Below are positions 29,144-38,361 of a DNA stretch of 46,731 nucleotides, piece after piece. Location: contig DCDV01000023.1 of NCBI GenBank assembly GCA_002316595.1, positions 13,010 to 59,740 on the forward strand. Direction: 5' to 3'. The notes under the pieces are model-generated. The model was not told where the DNA came from, did not search any database, and saw only the letters and a program-made list of their open reading frames with translations. Origin of the DNA: Mageeibacillus sp. UBA1046. Its GTDB lineage: Bacteria; Bacillota; Clostridia; Saccharofermentanales; DTU023. A program made the position numbers and the translations under genes. How positions within the stretch are numbered: the stretch's first letter is position 1; every line of letters starts with the position of its first letter.

Positions 29144-30238
29144 TCAGCAAACAGGCTGGTCCTTTGTAGCAGTAAATGCTTCAATAAGAGGGCTTTGTCC
29201 GAAATAATCAATTTGCATGGCATTTTTCACATCGTGCAGAGTCCCGGCCGCCTTAATCCTGGCTTTAGCTGTACCTTTTTCGAGGATATCTACAACCTCG
29301 GGGATACGCTCACGCCATTTCAAGCGGCTCTCCCTGATGGGCCCCAGTTCAGTTTCCAGAACTTGTACTAAGAACTTCTTAACCTTGACATCTCCCAAAC
29401 CGCCTCGCTGATAATGCGACTTCAGTTCAGATAAATTCTCATATTCCGGTAAAAATTCATTAAAATGCTGATCTAAGGCAAAGGCGTCCAAATATGTGAA
29501 GACCACATTTCCTTCTATCTTGCCCGGATCAGAAACACGAATATGGTCAGGATCCGTGTACATGCTGTTAACTTTCTCTTTGACTTCCGCTGCCGAGTCC
29601 GACAAATAAATACAGTTGCCAAGAGATTTCGACATTTTAGCCTTGCCGTCTGTTCCCGGCAGGCGTGACCAGATTTTTTTCTCCGGCAGGAGAATATCGG
29701 GCATCACCAGTGTATCGCCATAGACAGAATTGAACTTATGTACTATCTCACGAGTCTGTTCCAGCATGGGCGCCTGATCTTCACCGACAGGAACTGTCGT
29801 TGCCTTGAAAGCTGTAATATCAGCAGCCTGGCTGACAGGATAAGTAAAGAAACCTACCGGTATGCTCTGATCAAAAGCGCGCGCTTTAATCTCGGTCTTA
29901 ACTGTAGGATTGCGCTCCAGACGGGCTACAGTAACCAGATTCATATAATAGCAAGTCAGCTCAAAAAGCTCCGGTATTTGTGACTGAATGAGAATGACAG
30001 ATTTTTTTGGATCTATGCCCACAGCCAGATAATCAAGAGCAACTTCCAGAATACTCTCTCTGATTTTTCCCGGATCTTCCGCATTATCAGTCAGTGCCTG
30101 AGCATCAGCGATCATTATATAAATTTCAGAAAATTCACCGGAATTTTGCAATTCTACCCGGCCTCTGAGTGATCCTACATAATGCCCCAGATGCAGGCGA
30201 CCTGTCGGACGGTCTCCAGTTAGAATTATTTCCCCCAT
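29144..30238 (-). CDS. trpS: Tryptophan--tRNA ligase
   Basis: TGDRPTG.LHLGH (HIGH), [21 protein letters not shown]. Start at ATG 30238 after GGAGG. Confidence 0.97.
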   Translation of the reverse strand: MGEIILTGDRPTGRLHLGHYVGSLRGRVELQNSGEFSEIYIMIADAQALTDNAEDPGKIRESILEVALDYLAVGIDPKKSVILIQSQIPELFELTCYYMNLVTVARLERNPTVKTEIKARAFDQSIPVGFFTYPVSQAADITAFKATTVPVGEDQAPMLEQTREIVHKFNSVYGDTLVMPDILLPEKKIWSRLPGTDGKAKMSKSLGNCIYLSDSAAEVKEKVNSMYTDPDHIRVSDPGKIEGNVVFTYLDAFALDQHFNEFLPEYENLSELKSHYQRGGLGDVKVKKFLVQVLETELGPIRESRLKWRERIPEVVDILEKGTAKARIKAAGTLHDVKNAMQIDYFGQSPLIEAFTATKDQPVC

Positions 30239-30254
30239 CAGTTCTCCTCCAGTT

Positions 30255-30397
30255 TGTACATCGCTCAAGATAATCTGTTCAGCGTTCTGACTGCTTGCTA
30301 TACATTGCTCAGGAGAACTTGATCAGAATTCTTACTGCTTACTGCACATTATTCAACTTTTTGTTCAGTGTTCATCGAATGCACATCGCTCCGATAA
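30255..30397. repeat. Degenerate ~44-bp tandem repeats (3-4 units) in the trpS leader
   Basis: tgtacatcgctcaagataatctgttcagcgttctgactgcttgc / tatacattgctcaggagaacttgatcagaattcttactgcttac / tgcacattattcaa... / tgcacatcgctccgataa. Confidence 0.6.
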
Positions 30398-30470
30398 GCC
30401 TGACATTTATTGTATCATTGCTGTTCATGTTTTCTAGCAAAGACTTTCAGCTCAATTTTGAAGAGTATAG

Positions 30471-31469
30471 CTAATCATTGTGACCCCGATTCTGCAAAAC
30501 TGAAGCAAACACTGAGCCGGCCATAATACAAAAAGCGCTGAAATAAAGCCATAAAATAAGCATTATAATACCGCCGAGTGAGCCATACACATTAGCATAG
30601 TTGGCAAAATTTGTTACATACATGCTGAATAGATAAGAGATAAGTATCCAGCTGACACTGGCTACAATCCCGCTTACCCAGGCCTTGCCAAATCCCGGTC
30701 TTTTCCCTTTGGGGAAATAAGGGCCATAGCGATATAGAAATGCCAAGCCCAGTGAGAGAATTACGAGAGGAATCAAAGTGAGCGTATAATCCCATATTGT
30801 TTTAGCGAGATCTCCCCAGGAAAAATAGTCTGACAGATATGAATAGATTACTCCGCCAAAAACTTGGCTGACCAGCATTAAAGCTATTAAGACAACAACG
30901 AGTACAGTCGCAGCCAGCGCTACCAGACGAGACCGCCAAAACGGGCGCTCATTCTCACCTTTATGAAAGGTTTTGGTCATAGAATTCAACAAGTTATTCA
31001 TACCGGTAGAACTTGACCATAAAGTTAAAATCAGAGAAGAAGACAAAAGCGTAGCACTTCTCCCGCCGATAATATCCATAATTATCGGCTGAATAATATC
31101 AGCAGCAGCCGGGGGCAGTAAGGCTAGCTGCTGTGATAGAATCTCTTCTTGCCCAAATCGTGAATAGCTGAATATGCTGAGCAGAAATATGGTAAAGGGA
31201 AAGAATGACAATATTAGATAATATGCCAGCTGCGCGCTGACCAGATTTACCGAATCTTGACCCAGCCTCTTGATCCAGGCAATGAGGAAAGAGAAGAATC
31301 TATAGTTCTCCAGCTTACTTACTGCCCGGGATAAAATACCATGATCCTCAGGCCCACTGATCTCTTCCGGCAATATTTCTTCATTCCCCTCGCTGACCGC
31401 AGAAACAGAATCATCGAGTCCTGAGGTGTTCTCTTCTTGCAGAATATCTCTACTTTTCTTGCCGTCCAT
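30471..31469 (-). CDS. YihY/virulence factor BrkB family membrane protein
   Basis: SAQLAYY.ILS.FP, LWSSS.G, LYRYGP, Y...YGSLGGIIMLILWLY. Confidence 0.92.
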   Translation of the reverse strand: MDGKKSRDILQEENTSGLDDSVSAVSEGNEEILPEEISGPEDHGILSRAVSKLENYRFFSFLIAWIKRLGQDSVNLVSAQLAYYLILSFFPFTIFLLSIFSYSRFGQEEILSQQLALLPPAAADIIQPIIMDIIGGRSATLLSSSLILTLWSSSTGMNNLLNSMTKTFHKGENERPFWRSRLVALAATVLVVVLIALMLVSQVFGGVIYSYLSDYFSWGDLAKTIWDYTLTLIPLVILSLGLAFLYRYGPYFPKGKRPGFGKAWVSGIVASVSWILISYLFSMYVTNFANYANVYGSLGGIIMLILWLYFSAFCIMAGSVFASVLQNRGHND

Positions 31470-31507
31470 AACAAGTCGCTAGGGTAAATTACTGATCTGT
31501 TTATTGA

Positions 31508-33538
31508 TCAATCCGCAAGCTCTGCCTCATCCAGTAATTCCACTTCATCAAAATTGAGTTTATTAATGTCAGTCCAGCCTAGTTTATGCTTCTGCATGAA
31601 ATTTTTGATATTTTCAATCTCTACATTACGTTTGATCTTCATTGTGGTCGTCTTGACCATTTCTTTCGTACCGTAAAGATAAGTCTTGATTGACTTAAAT
31701 GTAGGCATCTGAGAATTGATCTTATGAATCACTTCGTCCAGGCGCTCCCGAACTGATAGAGCTTCACCCTTCTTCTTAAGTTCTTCCAGCTTCTCCTCAT
31801 CTAACACTATCTTAGCGCTTATGATCGTACTTCCCCGATCATCTTCCAATCCATAAACCAAGGTTTCCTTGATGAAGTCATAGTCCTGTAAGGCTGACTC
31901 AATCTCCTCAGGAAATATCTTTTTGCCGGATTCAAGTACAATCATTGATTTCAGACGTCCCGTTAACTTGATAGTATTGTCTTTAGGATTAATTATTCCC
32001 AGATCTCCTGAGTGAAACCAGCCATCTTTATCAATTGCTTCAGCGGTAGCTTCCGGGTCATTCAGATAACCATTCATCAGGATTGGACCACGGATCAATA
32101 TTTCAGCAGGTTCGGTCGGGTCTTCGCTGTCAACAGCAACCTCAATTCCTGTCAGTGGATGTCCAACAGTGCCCGGTTTGAAGAGGCGCAGATTACAGCC
32201 GGCGACAACAGGAGCAGTCTCTGTAAGGCCATAACCTTCCAGGATCCTAATGCCGACATCTTCAAAGAAGACAATCACGTCTTCCTTCATAGCAGCGCCT
32301 CCGGCAATGCCGATCCAGAGCCTGCCGCCAAAAGCCGCCAGGATGTCTTTGAAAAAGACTCTTCTAAGATCGATTCCAACCTTGCGCAAACCACGCGATA
32401 TTTTAATCATGCGGCCGACTAGTTTTTCTTTATTGCCCTTTTTGATTGCAGCCTGGACACGGTTATAAAAAGCATCAAAAATTGCAGGAACGCCTATAAT
32501 CATATCCACTTCGTATTCCTGAGCGTTCTGCTGAATATAGCGCAGTCCGTCACAAATATGGATGCAACCGCCATAATATAGAACACATAAAAATCCGGCA
32601 GTATTCTCAAAAGAGTGATGGAGCGGCAAAATCGACAGAGTTCTGAGGCTGTCATCAAAGTCAACCACCCCTGCCAAGGCTTCAATATCAGAAACAATGG
32701 CGTAATGGCTCAGCAGAACTCCCTTCGCCAGATCAGTGGTGCCTGAGGTAAAGATCAATATGCGGCTAGCTTTAGGGTCGGGCTTCGCATATGGTGAGGG
32801 CGGAAGCTGAAAGTGAAAACCTTCATGAAGATAAGCCAGATCACCTGTTAAGCTGTTTTCTCCTTGGATCTGCGCGGCAGTGGTCTCTCCCAGTCGCAAA
32901 GACATAGCGACATCTTGCATTTCTTCATAACCAAAAGCGAGAAAATCCTCAAATGTATAATTGACAAATTCGGTACCCCGGGTCTCAGGGCGCGGTTCCG
33001 CAACATTCGCCTTCGCCAATAAATCATTGGCTTTTGGCTTGGACATAGAAGCTAAGACTTCTTCACGGTTCCTAATCTTGCCTCTTCCCTGCTGCATCAT
33101 AACCAGAGTCTTGAGAGAATCATTTTCTTTGGCTATCTCTACAATCGTGTCATGGAAAGAGGCATCATAAAATATCAGCTCAACCTCGGCACGCTTTACC
33201 AGCGGAGCAATTTCCGCCCCCTTCAGCATGCGATCCAGCGGAACTACAGTGCCTGCGCCTAAGACAGTCGCAAGATAGGATAGCATCCAGAAATAACTGT
33301 TTTCACCGATGACAGCGACCTTGCCGTCTTCGATGCCAAGTCCGTGCAAGGCGTACTGCAGTGCCAGAATGTCCGCTTCCATCTGCCGGAATTTTACCGT
33401 GATAACCTCATCTTGTGGATTTATGCGGTAACGCACACAGGGATTGTCCGGGAAATTTCTGAAGCTGTATTGGAGCATATCGTTCAGAGTTTCGTAGGAG
33501 CGTGATTTAAACCATTGTTTTCCTTTTACTATCTGCAT
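31508..33538 (-). CDS. AMP-binding long-chain acyl-CoA synthetase (FadD15-like)
   Basis: IFTSGTT..AKGV, LSILPLHH, GYGLTET, GWFHSGDLG, GR.K.MIVL.SGK.I.PEEIE. Confidence 0.9.
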   Translation of the reverse strand: MQIVKGKQWFKSRSYETLNDMLQYSFRNFPDNPCVRYRINPQDEVITVKFRQMEADILALQYALHGLGIEDGKVAVIGENSYFWMLSYLATVLGAGTVVPLDRMLKGAEIAPLVKRAEVELIFYDASFHDTIVEIAKENDSLKTLVMMQQGRGKIRNREEVLASMSKPKANDLLAKANVAEPRPETRGTEFVNYTFEDFLAFGYEEMQDVAMSLRLGETTAAQIQGENSLTGDLAYLHEGFHFQLPPSPYAKPDPKASRILIFTSGTTDLAKGVLLSHYAIVSDIEALAGVVDFDDSLRTLSILPLHHSFENTAGFLCVLYYGGCIHICDGLRYIQQNAQEYEVDMIIGVPAIFDAFYNRVQAAIKKGNKEKLVGRMIKISRGLRKVGIDLRRVFFKDILAAFGGRLWIGIAGGAAMKEDVIVFFEDVGIRILEGYGLTETAPVVAGCNLRLFKPGTVGHPLTGIEVAVDSEDPTEPAEILIRGPILMNGYLNDPEATAEAIDKDGWFHSGDLGIINPKDNTIKLTGRLKSMIVLESGKKIFPEEIESALQDYDFIKETLVYGLEDDRGSTIISAKIVLDEEKLEELKKKGEALSVRERLDEVIHKINSQMPTFKSIKTYLYGTKEMVKTTTMKIKRNVEIENIKNFMQKHKLGWTDINKLNFDEVELLDEAELAD

Positions 33539-33563
33539 TAGTACCTCATTACAATATTTAATA

Positions 33564-33709
33564 CTGTTTCACTTGGCCTGACTTACTGGCTGGAGCTATC
33601 AGGTCTATTTCATTTTGGACCTGACTTACTGGCTGGAACTGTCAGGTCTGTTTCATTTTGGCCTGACTTGCTGGCTGGAACTGTCAGGTTTTATTTCATC
33701 TGGCTGGAA
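33564..33709. repeat. Three 41-43-bp tandem repeats plus a partial unit, each with an internal inverted repeat (REP-like)
   Basis: Unit ~ctgtttcattttggCCTGACttactggctggaactGTCAGGt. It fills most of the space between leuS and the acyl-CoA ligase gene. Confidence 0.88.
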
Positions 33710-36142
33710 TTACTTGCCGACAACAATATTAATTAATCTGCCCGGCACGAAAATTTCCTTAATTGTCTGTTTGTCCGCGATCTCTCTGGCGATGGCTTCT
33801 TCCGCTCTAGCTGCAGCGATTGCTTCTTCTTTAGCTATATCGTGAGGAAGATAAAGTCTCGCCCTTATTTTGCCGTTGATCTGGACGGCAATTTCCACCG
33901 TCTGCTCAATTGTAAGCTCTTCCTCCCAGGCCGGCCATTTCTGATCCGTGATCACTCCCTCATAATGCATCGTTTCCCACAATTCCTCGGTCACATGCGG
34001 GGCGAAAATATTCAGCAGGATCAAGAGTGAGCGGTATTCCGCATCATTGACTGAACCCAGTTCATAGAAACGGTTCACTAAGGTCATGAGCTGAGCAATA
34101 GCAGTGTTGGCCTTCAAAGAATCGGTATCTTTCGTGACCTTGCGAATAGTCTGGTGCATCAGCGTCTCGATCTCCGGACGATATTGTCTGCTAGGTATGA
34201 CTTTTTCCTGTAGTGCCCATACTCTTTCAATAAATCGGCTTACACCTTTTATAGAGTTGGTGTTCCAGGGAGCGGGTTTCTCAAAGTCACCGATGAACAA
34301 TTCATACATGCGCAAAGTGTCTGCGCCATATTCACGCACAATGTCGTCCGGATTAACGACATTACCGCGGGATTTTGACATCTTCTCACCATTCTCTCCC
34401 AAGATCATGCCGTGAGAAGTGCGTTTCAGATAAGGCTCCTCAGTAGGCACTGCTCCGATATCGTGGAGAAAGAGGTACCAGAACCGACTGTAGAGGAGGT
34501 GAAGCGTTGTGTGCTCCATACCGCCATTGTACCAGTCTACCGGCAGCCAATAAGACATTGCTTCTTCGGAGGCGATCCCTGTATCACAATGCGGATCCGT
34601 ATAGCGAATAAAGTACCAGGAAGATCCCGCCCACTGCGGCATGGTATCTGTTTCGCGTCTTGCCGGTCCGGCGCAGTTCGGACAGGTTGTGTTAACCCAG
34701 TCATCCAACAAGGCTAGTGGAGATTCTCCCGTTTCTGTTAACTCATAAGTGTTCATCTCCGGCAGAACCAGAGGAAGCTCTGTCTCCGGCAAAGGCTGCC
34801 AGCCACACTTCTCGCAATCCACCATCGGGATCGGTTCGCCCCAGTAGCGCTGGCGGGAGAAAACCCAGTCCCTCAGCTTATAATTTGTTTTCCTGACACC
34901 CAGACCGTCTTCCTCCAGACGCAACATAACCTTTTCTATGCCCTCTGCAACAGGCAGACCACTGATGAAACCTGAGTTAATCAGCACGCCTTCTTCTATA
35001 TCGGTATAGGCTTCTACACTGATATCACCCCCTGCCACCACCTCAACAATGGGCAGGTCGAAGGTCTTAGCGAACTCGTAGTCTCTGCTGTCATGAGCGG
35101 GCACAGCCATTATGGCTCCCGTGCCATAGGTAGCCAGAACGTAGTCAGAAATATAAATCGGAATCTCCTGTTTGGTGGCAGGATTGATGCCTTTAACTCC
35201 GTTCAGGCAGACACCGGTTTTATTTTTATTCAGTTCGGAGCGTTCAAACTCTGATTTTCGGGCTGCTTCTCTCTGATAATCCCTGATCTCATCAACATTA
35301 GTCAGTAACCCCTGCCCGATCCACTCTTCCAGGATAGGCAGCTCAGGTGAAAGTACCATATAAGTCGCACCCCAAAGTGTATCAGGACGGGTAGTGTAAA
35401 CGATCAGACTGTCACCGCTGGTGATTTTGAATTCAATATCCATGCCGTAGGATCGGCCAATCCAATTGCGCTGCTGTAGCTTGACCCTTTCAATAAAGTC
35501 CAGTTTGTCGAGACCTTCGAGCAGTTTATCTGCATATTCCGTAATCTTCAGCATCCACTGGCTTTTTATTTTATGGGTAGCTCCGGTATGGCAGCGCTCG
35601 CAAGCACCGTCCACCACTTCCTCATTGGCCAGCACGATCTTGCAGGAAGGGCACCAGTTGACGCTCATCTCTTTCTTATAAGCCAGCCCCTGTTTGTACA
35701 GCTGCAGAAATATCCATTGTGTCCAGCGATAATACTCCGGATCAGTCGTGTTTACTTCCCTTGACCAGTTAAAAGAGAATCCCAGACTTTTAAGCTGCTT
35801 CTTAAAACGCCCGATATTGTTTTCCGTCACTTTGGCCGGGTGAATATTATTAGCGATCGCGAAGTTCTCAGTAGGCAAACCGAAAGCGTCCCAACCCATC
35901 GGATACAGCACATTGAAACCTTCCATCCTCTTCTTGCGGGCAATGGTATCCAGAGCAGTGTAGCTGCGGGGATGTCCTACATGGAGCCCTTCTCCGGAAG
36001 GATATGGAAATTCAACCAGGCAATAATACTTTGGCTTCTCCGGCATCTTATCCGCTGTCGGCTGATCCGCCTCAAAAACTGCGGACGCCTCCCACTTATC
36101 CTGCCATTTTTTCTCAATCTCTTTAAAATCGTATCTCTTCAT
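33710..36142 (-). CDS. leuS: Leucine--tRNA ligase
   Basis: FPYPSGEGLHVGH, GWDAFGLP, YTTRPDT, GTGAIMAVPAHD.RD, SRQRYWGEPIP, KMSKS. Confidence 0.98.
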   Translation of the reverse strand: MKRYDFKEIEKKWQDKWEASAVFEADQPTADKMPEKPKYYCLVEFPYPSGEGLHVGHPRSYTALDTIARKKRMEGFNVLYPMGWDAFGLPTENFAIANNIHPAKVTENNIGRFKKQLKSLGFSFNWSREVNTTDPEYYRWTQWIFLQLYKQGLAYKKEMSVNWCPSCKIVLANEEVVDGACERCHTGATHKIKSQWMLKITEYADKLLEGLDKLDFIERVKLQQRNWIGRSYGMDIEFKITSGDSLIVYTTRPDTLWGATYMVLSPELPILEEWIGQGLLTNVDEIRDYQREAARKSEFERSELNKNKTGVCLNGVKGINPATKQEIPIYISDYVLATYGTGAIMAVPAHDSRDYEFAKTFDLPIVEVVAGGDISVEAYTDIEEGVLINSGFISGLPVAEGIEKVMLRLEEDGLGVRKTNYKLRDWVFSRQRYWGEPIPMVDCEKCGWQPLPETELPLVLPEMNTYELTETGESPLALLDDWVNTTCPNCAGPARRETDTMPQWAGSSWYFIRYTDPHCDTGIASEEAMSYWLPVDWYNGGMEHTTLHLLYSRFWYLFLHDIGAVPTEEPYLKRTSHGMILGENGEKMSKSRGNVVNPDDIVREYGADTLRMYELFIGDFEKPAPWNTNSIKGVSRFIERVWALQEKVIPSRQYRPEIETLMHQTIRKVTKDTDSLKANTAIAQLMTLVNRFYELGSVNDAEYRSLLILLNIFAPHVTEELWETMHYEGVITDQKWPAWEEELTIEQTVEIAVQINGKIRARLYLPHDIAKEEAIAAARAEEAIAREIADKQTIKEIFVPGRLINIVVGK

Positions 36143-36204
36143 TTTTTATAACCAGCCTTAAATAAACTCAAAACATAATTATGCTACACATTTATGATTT
36201 CTTC

Positions 36205-36306
36205 CAGACCTGTAAAACCATGTCCAGGGCGGATTTCACCAGAAAGCATAATGAGTCATACTGCTTAGCACTAACTTGAAGGTGCGAACGGTCTGTCCTG
36301 TCCGCC
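36205..36306 (-). ncRNA. Candidate structured leader RNA upstream of leuS (unassigned)
   Basis: Interleaved pairings GGCGGA/UCCGCC and CAGACC/GGUCUG, with inner helices CACC/GGUG and AAGCA/UGCUU. It starts just downstream of a TATAAT. Confidence 0.4.
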
Positions 36307-36311
36307 ACTAG

Positions 36312-36317
36312 ATTATA
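36312..36317 (-). promoter_or_regulatory. Putative -10 element (TATAAT) for the leuS transcript
   Basis: - strand ...acaatgTATAATctagtGGCGGA; no clear -35. Confidence 0.45.
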
Positions 36318-36475
36318 CATTGTAAGTGATCTGTGAGTGATGTTGAAATCCCTAATCTTGAACTTCTTTTGAACTTCTATGCTTTTACTCAGCAGCATAA
36401 ACAGGAACGGCTCTGTTTCTATTGCTCTCTTGCGCAAATGTCAGCCACGCAAGTATTCTTTATCCGGCAATCCTG

Positions 36476-38017
36476 TTATCTGTATCGCTCATAATTATAG
36501 ATAAATCTATCCTCATAGTAGTGTGAGCGGTCAATGAAACGTTCGTCCAGCTCCTCGACGCCCAGTTCTTCCGCCAGGGTCTCTTTGTCTGAGAATAGAT
36601 TCGTGCCAAGACCAAGTCGGTCACCCTCAATCCTGTAGCCTAATGCAGCCAGCGTGGAGGGGAAAAGGTCGGTAGCCATGAACTCTCTGTTATTAGTATT
36701 GACCGGCTCTTCTACGGCGTTCAGAAAACAATTATAGACTGCCCGCTCCTCGTCCGGTATATCTGTGCAGCATTCGTTATTCATCGTCAGGTGATCACCG
36801 ACTACAATAACTGTTGTATTCTCATAAAAATCCTGCTCTTGTAACCAGGACACAAAATCTGAGGCCTGTTTATCAGCGCAGGCCACATTATTGGAATAAT
36901 TATCATCAAAGGTATCAGGACAGCATTCGCAGACATCGTCATTTTCGAAGTGCGTATCCAAAGTCAGCATAGTAAAAGCAAAGGGTTTTTCTATAGAGGC
37001 GAGACGAGTTAATTCTAGCTTGGCAAATTCATACAATTTGTAATCCTCAAAACCCCATTTCCCCTCATAATCCTTTGTAACCAAACCCGCTTTTTCTGCC
37101 CAGCGCAGGTCTTTGATTAAATAGTCTCCATGCTGGTCAAAATACATACGCTTACCGGCAAAAGTCGAGTCAGAACCCATCATGAGAAAATTGGTGTAGC
37201 CTTCTTCTTCCAGAATGTCTCCCAGAGAAGTAACACCGGGGAAGAATTCTTCAATTTTCGACAAGCCTTTGGCAGCGATGGGCATTTTTAGAGGCAGACC
37301 GGTTGTAGCGCCAAAGATGGCTCCGGCAGTCCAACTTGTGCCCGAGCTGTTGCGAAAACCTCCGATCTTTTCATGATGGGAGAAATTAATATTTTCTTCG
37401 GCCAGTTGAGTAAGACCCGGTATCCGGTTCTGATCAAAGGAACCGCCGGAATCCTTATCCATAAAAGTTGATTCAATTGACTCCAAATATATGAAAACCA
37501 GATTTCTCTTATCTTTGGGAGCTTGCAAAACGTCCTCAGGATCAACATAAATTTTTGCTATAAAATTACTATAAGTAAATTGCGCCTTTACATAACCATA
37601 AACATCTAAATTGCACTGAACGAGAAATACCTCTACTAAAACCAGTATTATTACAATCCCTTTGCTAAGATAATTCTTCCATTTAGTCTTGCGCAATGCT
37701 GCCGCCGAAGATTGAGAACCTTCCGCCGGCGGCCAAACGAGAATGCCAAACAGTGTCGCGGCAAGAGCCGCCGGGACCACAGTCGAAAAAGCTCCGTCAA
37801 ATATCAGCTCATTGCTTGTGCCCGTAGCAGGCAATCGCAAATGGAAAATGATCTCAGTCATATTCAAGCTGTCATAGGTAGTAATAGCCCAGATCGTCAA
37901 GAAAAATGCGCAGGCAAGCACGAAGAAAAGAAAAATCTTTAAGACAGCGCGCCGTTTAAGAGAAGATTCTTGCGGTAATATTTCGTCGCTCTGACTGTTC
38001 ATAAGAATTCGCTCCAA
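36476..38017 (-). CDS. LTA synthase family / phosphoglycerol transferase (sulfatase superfamily)
   Basis: N-terminal TM helices, NLVFIYLES.E, catalytic Thr in WTAG, WGFED, TLDTH, VGDHL, DLFPSTL. Confidence 0.88.
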   Translation of the reverse strand: MERILMNSQSDEILPQESSLKRRAVLKIFLFFVLACAFFLTIWAITTYDSLNMTEIIFHLRLPATGTSNELIFDGAFSTVVPAALAATLFGILVWPPAEGSQSSAAALRKTKWKNYLSKGIVIILVLVEVFLVQCNLDVYGYVKAQFTYSNFIAKIYVDPEDVLQAPKDKRNLVFIYLESIESTFMDKDSGGSFDQNRIPGLTQLAEENINFSHHEKIGGFRNSSGTSWTAGAIFGATTGLPLKMPIAAKGLSKIEEFFPGVTSLGDILEEEGYTNFLMMGSDSTFAGKRMYFDQHGDYLIKDLRWAEKAGLVTKDYEGKWGFEDYKLYEFAKLELTRLASIEKPFAFTMLTLDTHFENDDVCECCPDTFDDNYSNNVACADKQASDFVSWLQEQDFYENTTVIVVGDHLTMNNECCTDIPDEERAVYNCFLNAVEEPVNTNNREFMATDLFPSTLAALGYRIEGDRLGLGTNLFSDKETLAEELGVEELDERFIDRSHYYEDRFIYNYERYR

Positions 38018-38195
38018 TACATCTAAATGCGGTAATTATATTCCAAAAGCGTGCTTTATAATCTGCCATCATATCCAAAGCAACAGTTTATCATAACCAA
38101 TTTTGGCAGGCAATTTGATATGTGTTGTGCTGATTATCTGTTTTTATTGATACATTGTGGCAGCCTTCTCTGACAGCTCGAAGCTATTAAGTCCA

Positions 38196-38286
38196 AAGTA
38201 GTCATACTTATTGTGGTTGTACTATTCCTGAAAAGATATTTACCGAGTTTATGGTGATCGCACTTATAGTGGTCATACTTATAGTA
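38196..38286. repeat. Degenerate 15-bp repeats between the divergent LTA-synthase-like gene and murE
   Basis: aaagtagtcatac/ttattgtggttgtac ... ttatggtgatcgcac/ttatagtggtcatac/ttatagtag. Confidence 0.55.
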
Positions 38287-38361
38287 GAATTATCTCAGAT
38301 AACAAGGCAGGATCAATCTGAGAGATGCAAGTATGGAAATCGTGTAAGTTCTGGAGGGAGC

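Noticed and set aside
29144-30238. Indolmycin-resistant auxiliary TrpRS (ADAQALT, Gln in place of His)
   Set aside because: This sequence type is common as the housekeeping TrpRS in many Firmicutes, and nothing in the context suggests a resistance role.
33564-33709. CRISPR array, and the repeat-encoded ORF 33615-33845
   Set aside because: The units are contiguous with no unique spacers and no cas genes nearby. The ORF is just the translated repeat running antisense into leuS.
36195-36306. SRP RNA, 6S RNA or HDV-like ribozyme
   Set aside because: CAGGTCTGGAAGAAATCA resembles SRP helix 8, but the stem around GGAA does not pair and AGCAG is missing. There is no long 6S closing stem. The spacing does not fit HDV P3/P1.1. 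Kept only as an unassigned RNA candidate.
36143-36475. T-box riboswitch upstream of leuS
   Set aside because: A GCTGAG-loop hairpin near 36380-36400 faintly recalls stem I, but there is no T-box antiterminator consensus or terminator.
38251-38361. Signal-anchor N-terminal extension on MurE
   Set aside because: It derives from 15-bp DNA repeats. A strong SD precedes ATG 38362, and MurE is cytoplasmic.
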